A stretch of DNA of 64,000 bases from a virus (lineage: Duplodnaviria > Caudoviricetes), in the IMG/VR virus record IMGVR_UViG_3300032218_002424, positions 32,001 through 96,000 of that record; one strand, 5' to 3'. The position numbers and the translations under genes are program-made. This document shows, in pieces, positions 49,278-58,264 of the stretch. Position 1 is the stretch's first letter; each line of letters starts with the position of its first letter. A model generated the notes under the pieces. The model was not told where the DNA came from and ran no database searches. It saw nothing but the letters and a program-made list of their open reading frames with translations.

Positions 49278-49822
49278 TGAAAAAAGGAATTGTATTTACT
49301 TTCTTTATTTTATTAATTGCAGCAGGTGCTTCAGCATCAGCAGCTACTAAGCCAGCAGCAACACTTGATTGGGTTGTTCAAAATAATGCTGTTACTCCAG
49401 GAGTTTTAAATGCTTCTGTAACTCAAGCAAATATCTCAACAACTGTTTGTAAGTCTGGATGGACAGCAACAATTCGTCCAACAGTTACATACACAAACAA
49501 GTTAAAAGATACTCAGCTAAAGACAACTTATGCGGCATACACAAAAATGTGGGGACCATCAGCATCGGGATACGAAGAAGATCACCTAATTTCTTTGCAA
49601 CTTGGAGGCAATCCTTCAGACCCAAAGAATTTGTGGCCTCAGCCATATGCTGGAAACGGTGCACGTAAAAAGGATGTTGTAGAAACAGCACTTAAGCGTT
49701 TAGTATGTGCGGGAACAATTAAATTGGCTGATGCTCAAAAAGCTATTTTAGATTGGCCTTCAGCATATAAGAAGTATGTAACTGCAGCAGATTCAAAGGC
49801 TCCAGACACTTCCGATAACTAA
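49277..49822 (+). CDS. Secreted HNH-like nuclease-domain protein
   Basis: Signal peptide MKKGIVFTFFILLIAAGASASA; YEEDHLISLQLGG.P....NLWPQP His-Me-finger pattern. Confidence 0.7.
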   Translation: MKKGIVFTFFILLIAAGASASAATKPAATLDWVVQNNAVTPGVLNASVTQANISTTVCKSGWTATIRPTVTYTNKLKDTQLKTTYAAYTKMWGPSASGYEEDHLISLQLGGNPSDPKNLWPQPYAGNGARKKDVVETALKRLVCAGTIKLADAQKAILDWPSAYKKYVTAADSKAPDTSDN

Positions 49823-49829
49823 AAGTAAA

Positions 49830-49871
49830 TGCTATAATATATAGGTACCTGCCTTCGGGGGGTACCTATAT
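49830..49871 (+). promoter_or_regulatory. Extended -10 promoter and 5' UUCG hairpin of hsp20
   Basis: TGCTATAAT (49830-49838), then TATAGGTACC...CCTTCGGG...GGTACCTATA. Confidence 0.7.
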
Positions 49872-49900
49872 TACTTATTCGCTTAAAAAGGAGGAATAAA

Positions 49901-50329
49901 ATGGTAACACAATTTACTATGGATCTTTTTAATGATCCTTTTTTCATCGGGTTTAATCGTGACTTTGACAAGTTGTCAAGAATTCACACCCATGCTACAG
50001 GAAATAACTATCCACCATACAATGTAATCAAAACTGACGACGAAGATCTATTCTACGTTGAAGTTGCAGTTGCTGGATTCTCAAAAGAAGACCTTGAAGT
50101 AACTGCTCATGAGCAGGTTCTTACTGTTAAGGGAGAAATCAAGTCTTCTGATGACGAGGAACCAAAGTATGCTTATCGTGGTATTGCTGCAAGAAAGTTT
50201 ACTCGTGAATTTGCCCTTGGTGAATTTGTTGAGGTAACTGCTGCAACAGTTGAAAACGGAATGTTGAAGATCACCTTGGAACGTATTGTCCCAGAAGACA
50301 AGAAGCCAAAAACAATTAAGATCAAGTAA
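49901..50329 (+). CDS. Small heat-shock protein (Hsp20/IbpA-like)
   Basis: NYPPYNV, AVAGFSKEDL, RGIAARKFTREF, ENGMLKI.L.R.VPE..KPK.I.I. Confidence 0.93.
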   Translation: MVTQFTMDLFNDPFFIGFNRDFDKLSRIHTHATGNNYPPYNVIKTDDEDLFYVEVAVAGFSKEDLEVTAHEQVLTVKGEIKSSDDEEPKYAYRGIAARKFTREFALGEFVEVTAATVENGMLKITLERIVPEDKKPKTIKIK

Positions 50330-50334
50330 CATTA

Positions 50335-50367
50335 AGGACCTGAGCATGTCCTATCATAAACTGCTCA
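50335..50367 (+). ncRNA. H-type pseudoknot motif, copy 1
   Basis: AGGAC-CUGAGCAU-GUCCU stem-loop; loop UGAGCA pairs with downstream UGCUCA; second copy at 63025. Confidence 0.6.
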
Positions 50368-50386
50368 TTTTAACAGAAAGCTTATA

Positions 50387-50569
50387 ATGCCAGTATACGA
50401 ATATAAGTGCATGAATTGCAACAGCAATGTAGAAGTTACAAGAGGATTTAATGATCCAGATGTTGCACCAATTTGCACAAATTGTCAAGGAACGATGCAA
50501 AGGCATTATGGTTCTGTTGGTGTTCAGTTTAAAGGTTCAGGGTTCTACAAAACAGACAATCCAAAATAA
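50387..50569 (+). CDS. FmdB-family zinc-ribbon protein
   Basis: MPVYEYKC..C...C..C...FKGSGFYKTD. Confidence 0.88.
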   Translation: MPVYEYKCMNCNSNVEVTRGFNDPDVAPICTNCQGTMQRHYGSVGVQFKGSGFYKTDNPK

Positions 50570-50626
50570 TGTAATGGTATAATTATAATACGAACACAAT
50601 AACGTGTTTCGTGTAGGAGAGTCTAG

Positions 50627-53482
50627 TTGACCAGAAAGTTAAAACTTTTGCTTGCCAGCCTGTTTGTTATGGGTTGGCTTTTTCTATTTCAGGTTAAATC
50701 TGCTCATGCTGATGAAGTCACAATTCAAGTAACTCCAGCTGATCCAAATATATCAGATACATCAACAGTAACCTCTCAAATAACAGTTCAGTCTATTGAA
50801 ACAAAAATAACTGATTCTCAAAATACTTTAAACTCTGCAGCACAGACTCAAAGTACTGCTATCATTCAAACAATTCAAGCAAATTTTTCTAATACAGATA
50901 CATCAACCGCTATATCAATTGCAACTACTCAAGAACCAATTAAAACAGCAGTGGCAGAAGCATCGGTAAAAGTTGAAGCTGCAAACAATGCAATTCAAGC
51001 AGCACAATCTGCAGTTCAGATTGCAGTATCTGCACAAACAAATGTTGAAACTCAAACTGCAGTAGTAACGCAAGCCGTTACTAACTTAGAAACAGCAACA
51101 GCAACTGTTGTTTCAACTCAAAATACATTAAAAACAACACAGGAAGCACAACCTGCTTTAGATGCAACAGCTTCTTGCACACAAGGATCACATTGCGTTG
51201 ATTTTTATAATAAAAACGCTGAGCTAGGGCCTTTACATGACCAGATTGCTCCTACACAGGCAGCAGCTGATGCCGCAGTTGCTGCAGTTCCAGTTGCTCA
51301 AACAGCTGTAGAAGTTGCTACTACAAATGTTACAAACCAACAAACAGCAGTTGCTGAAGCAACAACCGCATCAATCGCAGCAAAAGCAGCAGCAGAGGAT
51401 TCTGCTGTAACTGTTACAACTAATGGAGTTAAAGCATCTGCCTATACGTATAACGGTGGGGCAGCCCCCGCAATTCCTACTGCAAATGTAACCCCTGTTT
51501 TAACAACAACCGTTCCATACATTTCTGCAAACTGGGGTAGCGGTGTTGTTTTAGGTGTTCGTAGCGATAGAGTTATAATTAAATACGAAGGTACTATTAC
51601 TGTTCCAGAAGAAGCAGTTGCAGTTAAGTATGCTGTTTACTCAGATGACGGTTCAAAGCTATACATAGATGGTCAACTTGCTATTAATAACTGGAGAGAC
51701 CAAGGCTCTACATGGAGCCAGTTCTCCCCTATTTATGACACTACTGTAGATAAACAACAAGACTTTATTCTTTGGTATTACGAAAATGGTGGTGGGGCTA
51801 ACGTCACACTTGGTTGGGGTATAACCAGAGCAGACGGAACTGGTTATTGGACTAACCCAATGAACACAGCTTTTGCAACCACAGTGGTTACTAAAGACCC
51901 TGTATTGGTTGCTGCTGCTAATACCGCATCTGCTACTTTTGTAGCAGCTAACCAACAGTTAACAAACGCTCAAACTACTCTTGCTGCAGCTAATCAAACT
52001 CTTACATCCGCACAGGCAGCGGTACCAGTAAAAACTCAAGCTGCTGCAGATGCACAAGCTGCATATGATACAAAACTTGCTGAAAGAAATGCTGCTTATG
52101 AAGCATGGCAAAATGCTATTAATGCTGCAAATTCTGGAGTAGCAGCAATTGCTCAAGCACAATCTGCTTATGATCAAGCACAAATAGATTTAATAACTGC
52201 TCAGACAAATCTAACAACACAACAACAAAATTTAATAAATGCTCAAACAAATTTAACAGTTGCAATTCAAACTGCAGATTCTCTTGCAAATACAACAACA
52301 ACAAAAGTAAATGAAGCAGTAACTGCCATGACAAATGCTGCTCAAGTTACAACAAATTATTATGCAGAGCAACAAAGAATTGCTGCAGAAAATGCTCGTA
52401 TTGCAGCAGAACAAACAGCATTGCAAGCTGCACAAGAAAGAGCTGCTGCAGTAGAACGTGCAAGAATAGCAGAAGCAATCGCTGCTAAAGCAGAAGCAAA
52501 CAGAATTGCTGCAGAACAGGCTATAGTAGATGCAAAGGCTGCACAAGAAAAAGCAGCAGCAGAAGCAAAGGCTGCTGAAGATGCAAGAATTAAAGCAGAA
52601 CAAGATGCTAAAGAAGCACAAGCAGCAGCAGATAAAGCTAAAGCAGAAGCCGAAATTCAAGCAGCAAAAGATGCTCAAACAAAAGCAGATGCAGAAAAAG
52701 CAGCAGCGGATGCTGCAAAAGCGGAGGCGGATGCAAAAGCAAAAGCAGAACAAGATGCTGCATTAGCAGAACAAAAAGCTAAAGACGAAGCTGCAAAGGC
52801 TGCACAAGAGGCTGCAAATGCAAAAGCAGAAGCAGATAAACAAAAAGCAGAAGCAGATAAAATAGCTGCTGATCAAGCAGCAAAAGAGCAAGCAGCAAAG
52901 GATGCAAAAGCACAAGCAGATGCTGTAATTCAAGCACAAAAAGATGCACAAGCAAAAGCTGATGCACAAAAAGCAGCGGAAGATAAAGCTAAACAAGATG
53001 CTATTGGTGTAAAACCAAATAATCCAAGTCAGCTTTCAGACACAGTTATTAAAGAAGCTCCTAAAGAAGTTTTAGTTCCGCACATTCAGCAAGATGTTAA
53101 GGGTGTAGAAAATGGTGGCATTGAATTTTTTGGAACAAAATCAGCACCTCAAGTAGTTGGAGAAGATGGAAAATTAACACCACAAGCACCACCACCAGGA
53201 TCTGGTTTGCCAATTCCACCAGAAGCAATAACAACTCAAGATACATTTATAGGACAACCAGGAGGAACAACATTTAATGCACCAGATATTGCTGTTCCAG
53301 TAATTCTTACACCACTTACTGGTGCCATCGCTTCTGTTCCAGGAGCTGAGGCGGTAAATAAAGCATTCGTAGCTATGGCTAATATTGGAAATGATATGTC
53401 ACCAGTTACGAGAAAGAAAGCTAAAAAAATATTGGTACTGACCGTAGCAGTTGCTGCCATAAGAAGGAGGTTCGGACAATGA
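50627..53482 (+). CDS. Exported PA14-domain protein with a long Ala/Gln coiled-coil stalk and C-terminal hydrophobic segment
   Basis: Signal peptide ending SAHA; NWGSG...SDDGSKLYIDG...NW.DQ...YYENGGGA (PA14); TolA-like AEK-rich repeat. Confidence 0.75.
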   Translation: MTRKLKLLLASLFVMGWLFLFQVKSAHADEVTIQVTPADPNISDTSTVTSQITVQSIETKITDSQNTLNSAAQTQSTAIIQTIQANFSNTDTSTAISIATTQEPIKTAVAEASVKVEAANNAIQAAQSAVQIAVSAQTNVETQTAVVTQAVTNLETATATVVSTQNTLKTTQEAQPALDATASCTQGSHCVDFYNKNAELGPLHDQIAPTQAAADAAVAAVPVAQTAVEVATTNVTNQQTAVAEATTASIAAKAAAEDSAVTVTTNGVKASAYTYNGGAAPAIPTANVTPVLTTTVPYISANWGSGVVLGVRSDRVIIKYEGTITVPEEAVAVKYAVYSDDGSKLYIDGQLAINNWRDQGSTWSQFSPIYDTTVDKQQDFILWYYENGGGANVTLGWGITRADGTGYWTNPMNTAFATTVVTKDPVLVAAANTASATFVAANQQLTNAQTTLAAANQTLTSAQAAVPVKTQAAADAQAAYDTKLAERNAAYEAWQNAINAANSGVAAIAQAQSAYDQAQIDLITAQTNLTTQQQNLINAQTNLTVAIQTADSLANTTTTKVNEAVTAMTNAAQVTTNYYAEQQRIAAENARIAAEQTALQAAQERAAAVERARIAEAIAAKAEANRIAAEQAIVDAKAAQEKAAAEAKAAEDARIKAEQDAKEAQAAADKAKAEAEIQAAKDAQTKADAEKAAADAAKAEADAKAKAEQDAALAEQKAKDEAAKAAQEAANAKAEADKQKAEADKIAADQAAKEQAAKDAKAQADAVIQAQKDAQAKADAQKAAEDKAKQDAIGVKPNNPSQLSDTVIKEAPKEVLVPHIQQDVKGVENGGIEFFGTKSAPQVVGEDGKLTPQAPPPGSGLPIPPEAITTQDTFIGQPGGTTFNAPDIAVPVILTPLTGAIASVPGAEAVNKAFVAMANIGNDMSPVTRKKAKKILVLTVAVAAIRRRFGQ

Positions 53483-53664
53483 AGCAATTCTTTAAAGATA
53501 TATCAGCAGATTTCTTTAGCGAAATCTGGACATTTGTTGGATTATTTTCAGCATGGTTGGTTCTAACTGGATCTGCCAAAACAGTAATCGGACAAGTAAC
53601 ATTAATCTCATTTGTATTATGGATAATCACTTTGAGATTGAGAAACCCAAAAGAAAAGGAATAG
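53479..53664 (+). CDS. Small two-TM membrane protein
   Basis: Hydrophobic; SD AAGGAGG; coupled to the PA14 gene. Confidence 0.65.
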   Translation: MKQFFKDISADFFSEIWTFVGLFSAWLVLTGSAKTVIGQVTLISFVLWIITLRLRNPKEKE

Positions 53665-53668
53665 TAAA

Positions 53669-53959
53669 ATGGCAAAAAAGACAGTAGAAGACCCAACACA
53701 AGTTGGAAGCGGAGCAATTGCAAGCATTAACAATATTCTTGCTAGAATTGTAGCCGTATTTGCAGCATCAGGACTCTCAGTAATTGGAGCAGGAGCTGTA
53801 GTAGGAATTAGCACAATTAAAGCAGTCGTTTTGGCTGGAACTTTAGGAGTAGCAACAGTAGTTGAGAAGCTTGCTCGTGGTTTCCTAGATGACGGAAAGC
53901 TTACAATTGATGAGATTAATTCAGCATTCTCAGCAGTTGATAAGAAAGCAGAAAAGTAG
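53669..53959 (+). CDS. Membrane protein, holin-like
   Basis: Two hydrophobic segments; DDGKLTIDEIN tail. Confidence 0.55.
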   Translation: MAKKTVEDPTQVGSGAIASINNILARIVAVFAASGLSVIGAGAVVGISTIKAVVLAGTLGVATVVEKLARGFLDDGKLTIDEINSAFSAVDKKAEK

Positions 53960-53991
53960 TATAATATATTCATACTCCAAGGGGGTGCTAA

Positions 53992-54246
53992 ATGGATAAC
54001 ATTTGGAAGGGTCAACTAGACCCAAATATGGTCAAAAGAAATTTTGACACGGCACAACGCCGTCATATGGCCAGTACTGGTGCAGCAATGCCAGATGGCT
54101 CTTACCCTATTGCAAATTGCAAAGATGTACAAAATGCAGTAGCATCATGGGGAAGAGGCGGATCAGATCCAAAAGTAAAAGAACATATCAAATCTCGTGC
54201 CAAAACCCTTGGTTGCGAATCAAACATTCCAGATTCCTGGAAATAA
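53992..54246 (+). CDS. Stand-alone MPDGSYPI domain protein
   Basis: AMPDGSYPI...AV...GR...HI..RA..LG....IPDSW, a pattern also seen fused to phage head proteases. Confidence 0.55.
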   Translation: MDNIWKGQLDPNMVKRNFDTAQRRHMASTGAAMPDGSYPIANCKDVQNAVASWGRGGSDPKVKEHIKSRAKTLGCESNIPDSWK

Positions 54247-54260
54247 TTACCCTACAAGCA

Positions 54261-54304
54261 TTGACAGGGCCTTATACTAAACGATATAATTAGTATAGGG
54301 CCTT
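54261..54304 (+). promoter_or_regulatory. tRNA-operon promoter embedded in a hairpin
   Basis: TTGACA (54261), 18 bp, TATAAT (54285); 15-bp stem over 54266-54304. Confidence 0.75.
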
Positions 54305-54315
54305 GGGTGTTTTAT

Positions 54316-54387
54316 TGATCCATAGCTCAATGGCAGAGCTCTCGACTGTTAATCGAGTGGTTCCTGGTTCGAGTCCAGGTGGATCAG
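54316..54387 (+). tRNA. tRNA-Asn(GTT)
   Basis: TGATCCA/TGGATCA acceptor; CTCGA-CTGTTAA-TCGAG. Confidence 0.93.
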
Positions 54388-54392
54388 CGTAT

Positions 54393-54474
54393 GCCCGAAT
54401 GGTGGAATCGGTATACACGGCAGACTTAAAATTTGCTGCTTCACAGCTTGTCGGTTCGAGTCCGACTTCGGGTA
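54393..54474 (+). tRNA. tRNA-Leu(TAA)
   Basis: GCAGA-CTTAAAA-TTTGC, long variable arm, GTCGG-TTCGAGT-CCGAC. Confidence 0.92.
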
Positions 54475-54489
54475 CAAAGGAAAACACAA

Positions 54490-54720
54490 ATGAATATAGA
54501 CGAACAAAAGGTAAACAAGTTTATTAAAAGATTTAAAACGGGAAACCAAGAAGCTTATTGGGATAATTACACATTGATTATTTGGCGGCGAGATTCTTCT
54601 GGATTCAGTAATGTGCGAGGATTGTATCGCAATAACTGTTGGGGATTATCAGAAAAAATCTCAATAGGAGATAACGGAATGTGGGAGCTACCTCACAGAT
54701 ATGTCAAATATATTAAATGA
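54490..54720 (+). CDS. Hypothetical protein
   Basis: ATG 54490 after AAAGGA; the track start lies inside tRNA-Leu. Confidence 0.6.
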   Translation: MNIDEQKVNKFIKRFKTGNQEAYWDNYTLIIWRRDSSGFSNVRGLYRNNCWGLSEKISIGDNGMWELPHRYVKYIK

Positions 54721-55012
54721 TCTAGGAATAGACCCAGAAGATTTAGAATGGTGGGACCTTGCAGCATGCAAGGGTATGGATACAAACTTGTTTTATGACA
54801 AGTATGAGTCTGACGTGAACATTGCTAAAAGTATTGATCAGGCATGCTTATCTTGCCCAGTAGCAAAGAATTGTTTAAAAGCTGGCATTGAAGGAAATGA
54901 ATATGGAATATGGGGCGGAATATATTTAAACTCTGGTTCAACAGATAAAGCACGGAATATTCATAAGACAGAATTAGTATGGAAACAGTTGAAGGTTAAG
55001 CATGGACATTAA
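54701..55012 (+). CDS. whiB: WhiB-family transcription factor
   Basis: W...AAC...D.NLF...CLSCPV...C...GIWGG. Confidence 0.92.
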   Translation: MSNILNDLGIDPEDLEWWDLAACKGMDTNLFYDKYESDVNIAKSIDQACLSCPVAKNCLKAGIEGNEYGIWGGIYLNSGSTDKARNIHKTELVWKQLKVKHGH

Positions 55013-55289
55013 TCAATGGACGGGCGAAATCAATAAGCCAGTATTTTATACTAAAGAAATGGCACAAAAAGTACGGGATATAAAACAACCTGTTCCAGGA
55101 TTACAAATGGATATAGTTAAATTCCCAGACTTTTTGGCTATTAGGTTATATGAAGGTAACTTTATGCAATACAATGATTCTCAACGAATGAGAATTATTG
55201 ATTATATTGAAATGGTTAAGAAGATCATAGAATCCTATGGTGTTCGTGTTGAACTAGAGGGAGCAAAAGGTGAAAGAGTATTACGATAA
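55002..55289 (+). CDS. Hypothetical protein
   Basis: Overlap-coupled ORF in the whiB operon. Confidence 0.6.
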   Translation: MDINQWTGEINKPVFYTKEMAQKVRDIKQPVPGLQMDIVKFPDFLAIRLYEGNFMQYNDSQRMRIIDYIEMVKKIIESYGVRVELEGAKGERVLR

Positions 55290-55464
55290 AACTATCATTG
55301 TTTTCTTGCATGAGGAAAGAGTGTATGGTCAAATTGAGAACCTTGGACTATATGCATCAATAGTAAAATTTACTAAAGATGAACACGAATATGAAGAACT
55401 AATTGAGAATGAAGAGTTTACCATAATGGATGAAATTCTTATTTCTCATGTAGAGGAAGAATAA
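55270..55464 (+). CDS. Acidic hypothetical protein
   Basis: SD GAGGGAG, GTG start. Confidence 0.55.
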   Translation: MKEYYDKTIIVFLHEERVYGQIENLGLYASIVKFTKDEHEYEELIENEEFTIMDEILISHVEEE

Positions 55465-55700
55465 TGGAAAAAATACTTTGCTATAGCTGCAATAAGAGTA
55501 AGAATCAATTAAGTGCAAAAAAGTCATCCTTAATTCCAATTAATTTATTAATGTGTGAATCATGTATTGCATCTAAATTTGAGCCTAGATGGGTAATTAT
55601 TTTGGCTGGAAGACAATTTGGATCAGACCATGTAAAAGAATTTGTAATTAAGCGTAAATATATTGGCGATTCAATTTTAGCTGATGAGTTATTAGTATAA
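55464..55700 (+). CDS. Zinc-finger protein
   Basis: CYSC...CESC; EPRW. Confidence 0.65.
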   Translation: MEKILCYSCNKSKNQLSAKKSSLIPINLLMCESCIASKFEPRWVIILAGRQFGSDHVKEFVIKRKYIGDSILADELLV

Positions 55701-55765
55701 TTAATTTAATATAGATGCCCTAATTGGTAGTGGACATCAAATTTTTAATATTGTAGAATGGTATC

Positions 55766-55996
55766 ATGTCAGAAAAAAGAATTAGAATCATAGCCTCATG
55801 GCTTGCAGTCGCATTGAATTTATTTGTTGTATGGTTTATGTATCAAAGATGGAAGAACCATCAAGATCTTTTAGTTCCGCTCACACTTTTGATTGTAACT
55901 AAAATTTGGATTAACCAATATCTTACAGAAGGAAAACTTAAGCATCTAATAGATATAGTTGAAAAAGCTAAAATTACTAGATCAAGGAATCAATAA
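55766..55996 (+). CDS. Small two-TM membrane protein
   Basis: Hydrophobic; leaderless promoter TGGACA (55731), 17 bp, TAGAAT (55754). Confidence 0.6.
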   Translation: MSEKRIRIIASWLAVALNLFVVWFMYQRWKNHQDLLVPLTLLIVTKIWINQYLTEGKLKHLIDIVEKAKITRSRNQ

Positions 55997-55999
55997 TAA

Positions 56000-56557
56000 A
56001 TGACATGTGTTGTCGGGCTTGTTAAGGGTGGAAAGGTCTACATGGGTGCTGATGCATCTGCTGTAGACGAAAAAGGCGGACACATTTTTGCACAAAAAGA
56101 TGCAAAGGTATTTAGAGTTGGTCAATTTGGTATTGCTTACACAGATTCATTTAGAATGGGTCAAATTTTGCAATATGATTGGATTCCGCCTAAGTTTACT
56201 GGAAATTCAAAAAGTCTAGACAAATTTATGAGAACCAAGTTTGTGGAATCTGTTAAAGAAGCTTTTAAGTCTGGCGGATTTGGATCAATTGGAAATAACA
56301 CTGAAGAAGATGATGGTGGAGTTTTTTTAATTGCAGTGGCAGGCACAGGAAGACTTTTTTATATGGACTCTGACTATCATGTTGGAGAAAATATTATTCC
56401 GTATTATGCTGAAGGCATAGGAATGGATTTTGCACTGGGATCATTATTTTCAACTCAAACAATGAGAGATCCTTATAAAAGACTTGAGATATCTTTATCA
56501 GCAGCATCACAATTTTCTATCGGAGTATGTCCACCATATAGTTATATTGAACTGTAG
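56000..56557 (+). CDS. HslV/proteasome-beta-like Ntn hydrolase
   Basis: M-T-C-V-V-G N-terminal Thr, GAD, K, GIG.DFALGSL. Confidence 0.75.
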   Translation: MTCVVGLVKGGKVYMGADASAVDEKGGHIFAQKDAKVFRVGQFGIAYTDSFRMGQILQYDWIPPKFTGNSKSLDKFMRTKFVESVKEAFKSGGFGSIGNNTEEDDGGVFLIAVAGTGRLFYMDSDYHVGENIIPYYAEGIGMDFALGSLFSTQTMRDPYKRLEISLSAASQFSIGVCPPYSYIEL

Positions 56558-56596
56558 GTCTTGACAATCTTGCCTACATTTACTATTATAAGGTCT

Positions 56597-57511
56597 ATGA
56601 ATAAAAAACTAATCGTAGTAGCAACAAGCATCGCATTAATTTTTGCTGGTACTGTAGGTTCATCTGCAGATACAGTAAAGCCATCAGTTGTAGTAATTGA
56701 TACGGCACTAGATACATCATTACCTATTTTTAAAGGACGAATTGCACAGGAAGTTTGTGCAATGGAATGGAACCTTTGCCCAAATGGAACGGGGTTTCAA
56801 GAAGGTCCAGGATCAGCATATATTCCTATGGCATACATGCAAACAGATGCATTTAATCATGGAACTCAAATGGCATCAATCGTTGCATCAGCAAATCCAA
56901 ATGTAAATATTATTTTTATTAGAATTGTTGGATTAACTAGAGATGGATATCGTGCATCAACCACAGAAGCTTCAGTTGTTAAGGCATTAGATTGGGTTGT
57001 TGCAAATAAATCAAAGTATAATATTGCATCGGTTGCCATGAGTCAGGGAACCCACGACCTTGCGACATTTAACAGTCTTTGTAAAACAAGTGTGCTCATT
57101 TCAGATATTGATAAATTAAAATTAGTTAATGTCCCAGTAATGTTTCCAGCAGGAAATGATTATGATACAACTCGTGTAGACTATCCTTCATGCATTCCGC
57201 AGACAATCGCAGTAGGAGCAACAGATAAATTTGGTTCAATTGCACTTTACAGCAACGGAACACCTCCAGCAGTTGATTTCTATTCATTAGGAGTAATGAA
57301 TGTAACTAATCCAGGAGGAAAAATTTCTGCAGTAGCAGGAACATCTGCTTCAGTTCAAATTGCTGCAGCACAGTGGGCAGCGGTTGAAACAGCAAAACCA
57401 AATTTGAACTATGATCAAATTTATAGTTTATTGCAACAAACAGCAACAACCACAACTAACTCTAAGGTTAAGGGTGGTTATTTAATTAACCTAGAAAAGG
57501 CAATCAAATAA
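56597..57511 (+). CDS. Secreted subtilisin-like (S8) serine protease
   Basis: VVIDT (Asp), HGTQM (His), AGN (oxyanion), GTS (Ser); signal peptide from ATG 56597; the track TTG start is the -35 box TTGACA (56561). Confidence 0.87.
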   Translation: MNKKLIVVATSIALIFAGTVGSSADTVKPSVVVIDTALDTSLPIFKGRIAQEVCAMEWNLCPNGTGFQEGPGSAYIPMAYMQTDAFNHGTQMASIVASANPNVNIIFIRIVGLTRDGYRASTTEASVVKALDWVVANKSKYNIASVAMSQGTHDLATFNSLCKTSVLISDIDKLKLVNVPVMFPAGNDYDTTRVDYPSCIPQTIAVGATDKFGSIALYSNGTPPAVDFYSLGVMNVTNPGGKISAVAGTSASVQIAAAQWAAVETAKPNLNYDQIYSLLQQTATTTTNSKVKGGYLINLEKAIK

Positions 57512-57741
57512 TGGAAAAAGATCCAATGATCGAAAAGCAACAGAGCATGTTAGAGGGAATTGTTGCTGATATTGTAGTAGAAGTTTACCAAAAATGGTTA
57601 AACCAAATGCCAGAAGAACAGCGAAAAGATGAACAGGCCACTCAGACATTAGGAGCTAATGCTTCTGAAGTTGTTTATTTTGTTGTACAGCGTTTTATGG
57701 ATAAATTTAATGAGGCAGCTGAGCAAGTAAAAAATGCCTAA
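57511..57741 (+). CDS. Hypothetical helical protein
   Basis: TAATG coupling. Confidence 0.55.
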   Translation: MEKDPMIEKQQSMLEGIVADIVVEVYQKWLNQMPEEQRKDEQATQTLGANASEVVYFVVQRFMDKFNEAAEQVKNA

Positions 57742-57916
57742 GATCGCCTTGATATCTTCAGCTATATATGATATTATAGAGCCTGACAGCTCGTTTGAAA
57801 CAGAACTTGTTGACATCCCTCAAGTCATACTTGATAGATATGATAGGGTTATGAAAGAATTTTGGGATCTCCAAAATGAATTTGAACAGTACCAGAGAGC
57901 ACAGGAAACAGATTAA
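57734..57916 (+). CDS. Hypothetical protein
   Basis: Coupled ORF. Confidence 0.5.
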   Translation: MPKIALISSAIYDIIEPDSSFETELVDIPQVILDRYDRVMKEFWDLQNEFEQYQRAQETD

Positions 57917-58218
57917 TGATTTTAACTGATAAAGATTTTGATGAAGTAATTAATTCTGAAAGAGTGGTTTTAGTTGATTTTTGGGCTGAATGGTGTGGAC
58001 CCTGCAAAAAGGTTTCACCAATTTTAGATGAAATTTCAAATGAATTTCAACTTCCAGTTGGAAAGTTGAATGTAGATGAAAATATAAAAAAAACAAAAGA
58101 ATATGGTGTCGGATCAATTCCAACACTAATTCTTTTTGTAAATGGCGAACCAGTAAACACTATTATAGGTGCAAAGCCAAAGCATGTTCTCATTAAAGAA
58201 CTGCAAGACTGGATTTAA
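57916..58218 (+). CDS. trxA: Thioredoxin
   Basis: VDFWAEWCGPCK, SIPTL, GAKPK. Confidence 0.95.
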   Translation: MILTDKDFDEVINSERVVLVDFWAEWCGPCKKVSPILDEISNEFQLPVGKLNVDENIKKTKEYGVGSIPTLILFVNGEPVNTIIGAKPKHVLIKELQDWI

Positions 58219-58264
58219 TATTCTGTGCTCAACTGAGGCAGATAAACAAAATAAGGAGAAATGA

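Noticed and set aside
49839-49900. ROSE-like RNA thermometer in the hsp20 leader
   Set aside because: The stable hairpin does not cover the SD (AAGGAGG) and no U(U/C)GCU-closed SD stem is convincing; it is better read as a 5' stabiliser.
50335-50367. Pseudoknot motif as hammerhead ribozyme or preQ1/SAM-II riboswitch
   Set aside because: CUGAG and AAAC resemble the hammerhead core only superficially (no CUGANGA/GAAA three-way junction), and the riboswitch consensus nucleotides are absent; left unassigned.
52253-52996. Cys/Phe-rich minus-strand ORFs
   Set aside because: Antisense shadows of the GCA/GAA/AAA-rich coiled-coil region of the PA14 gene.
54290-54549. Track ORFs 54290-54487, 54303-54527, 54349-54549 (also 48685-48867)
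   Set aside because: They overlap clear tRNA genes.
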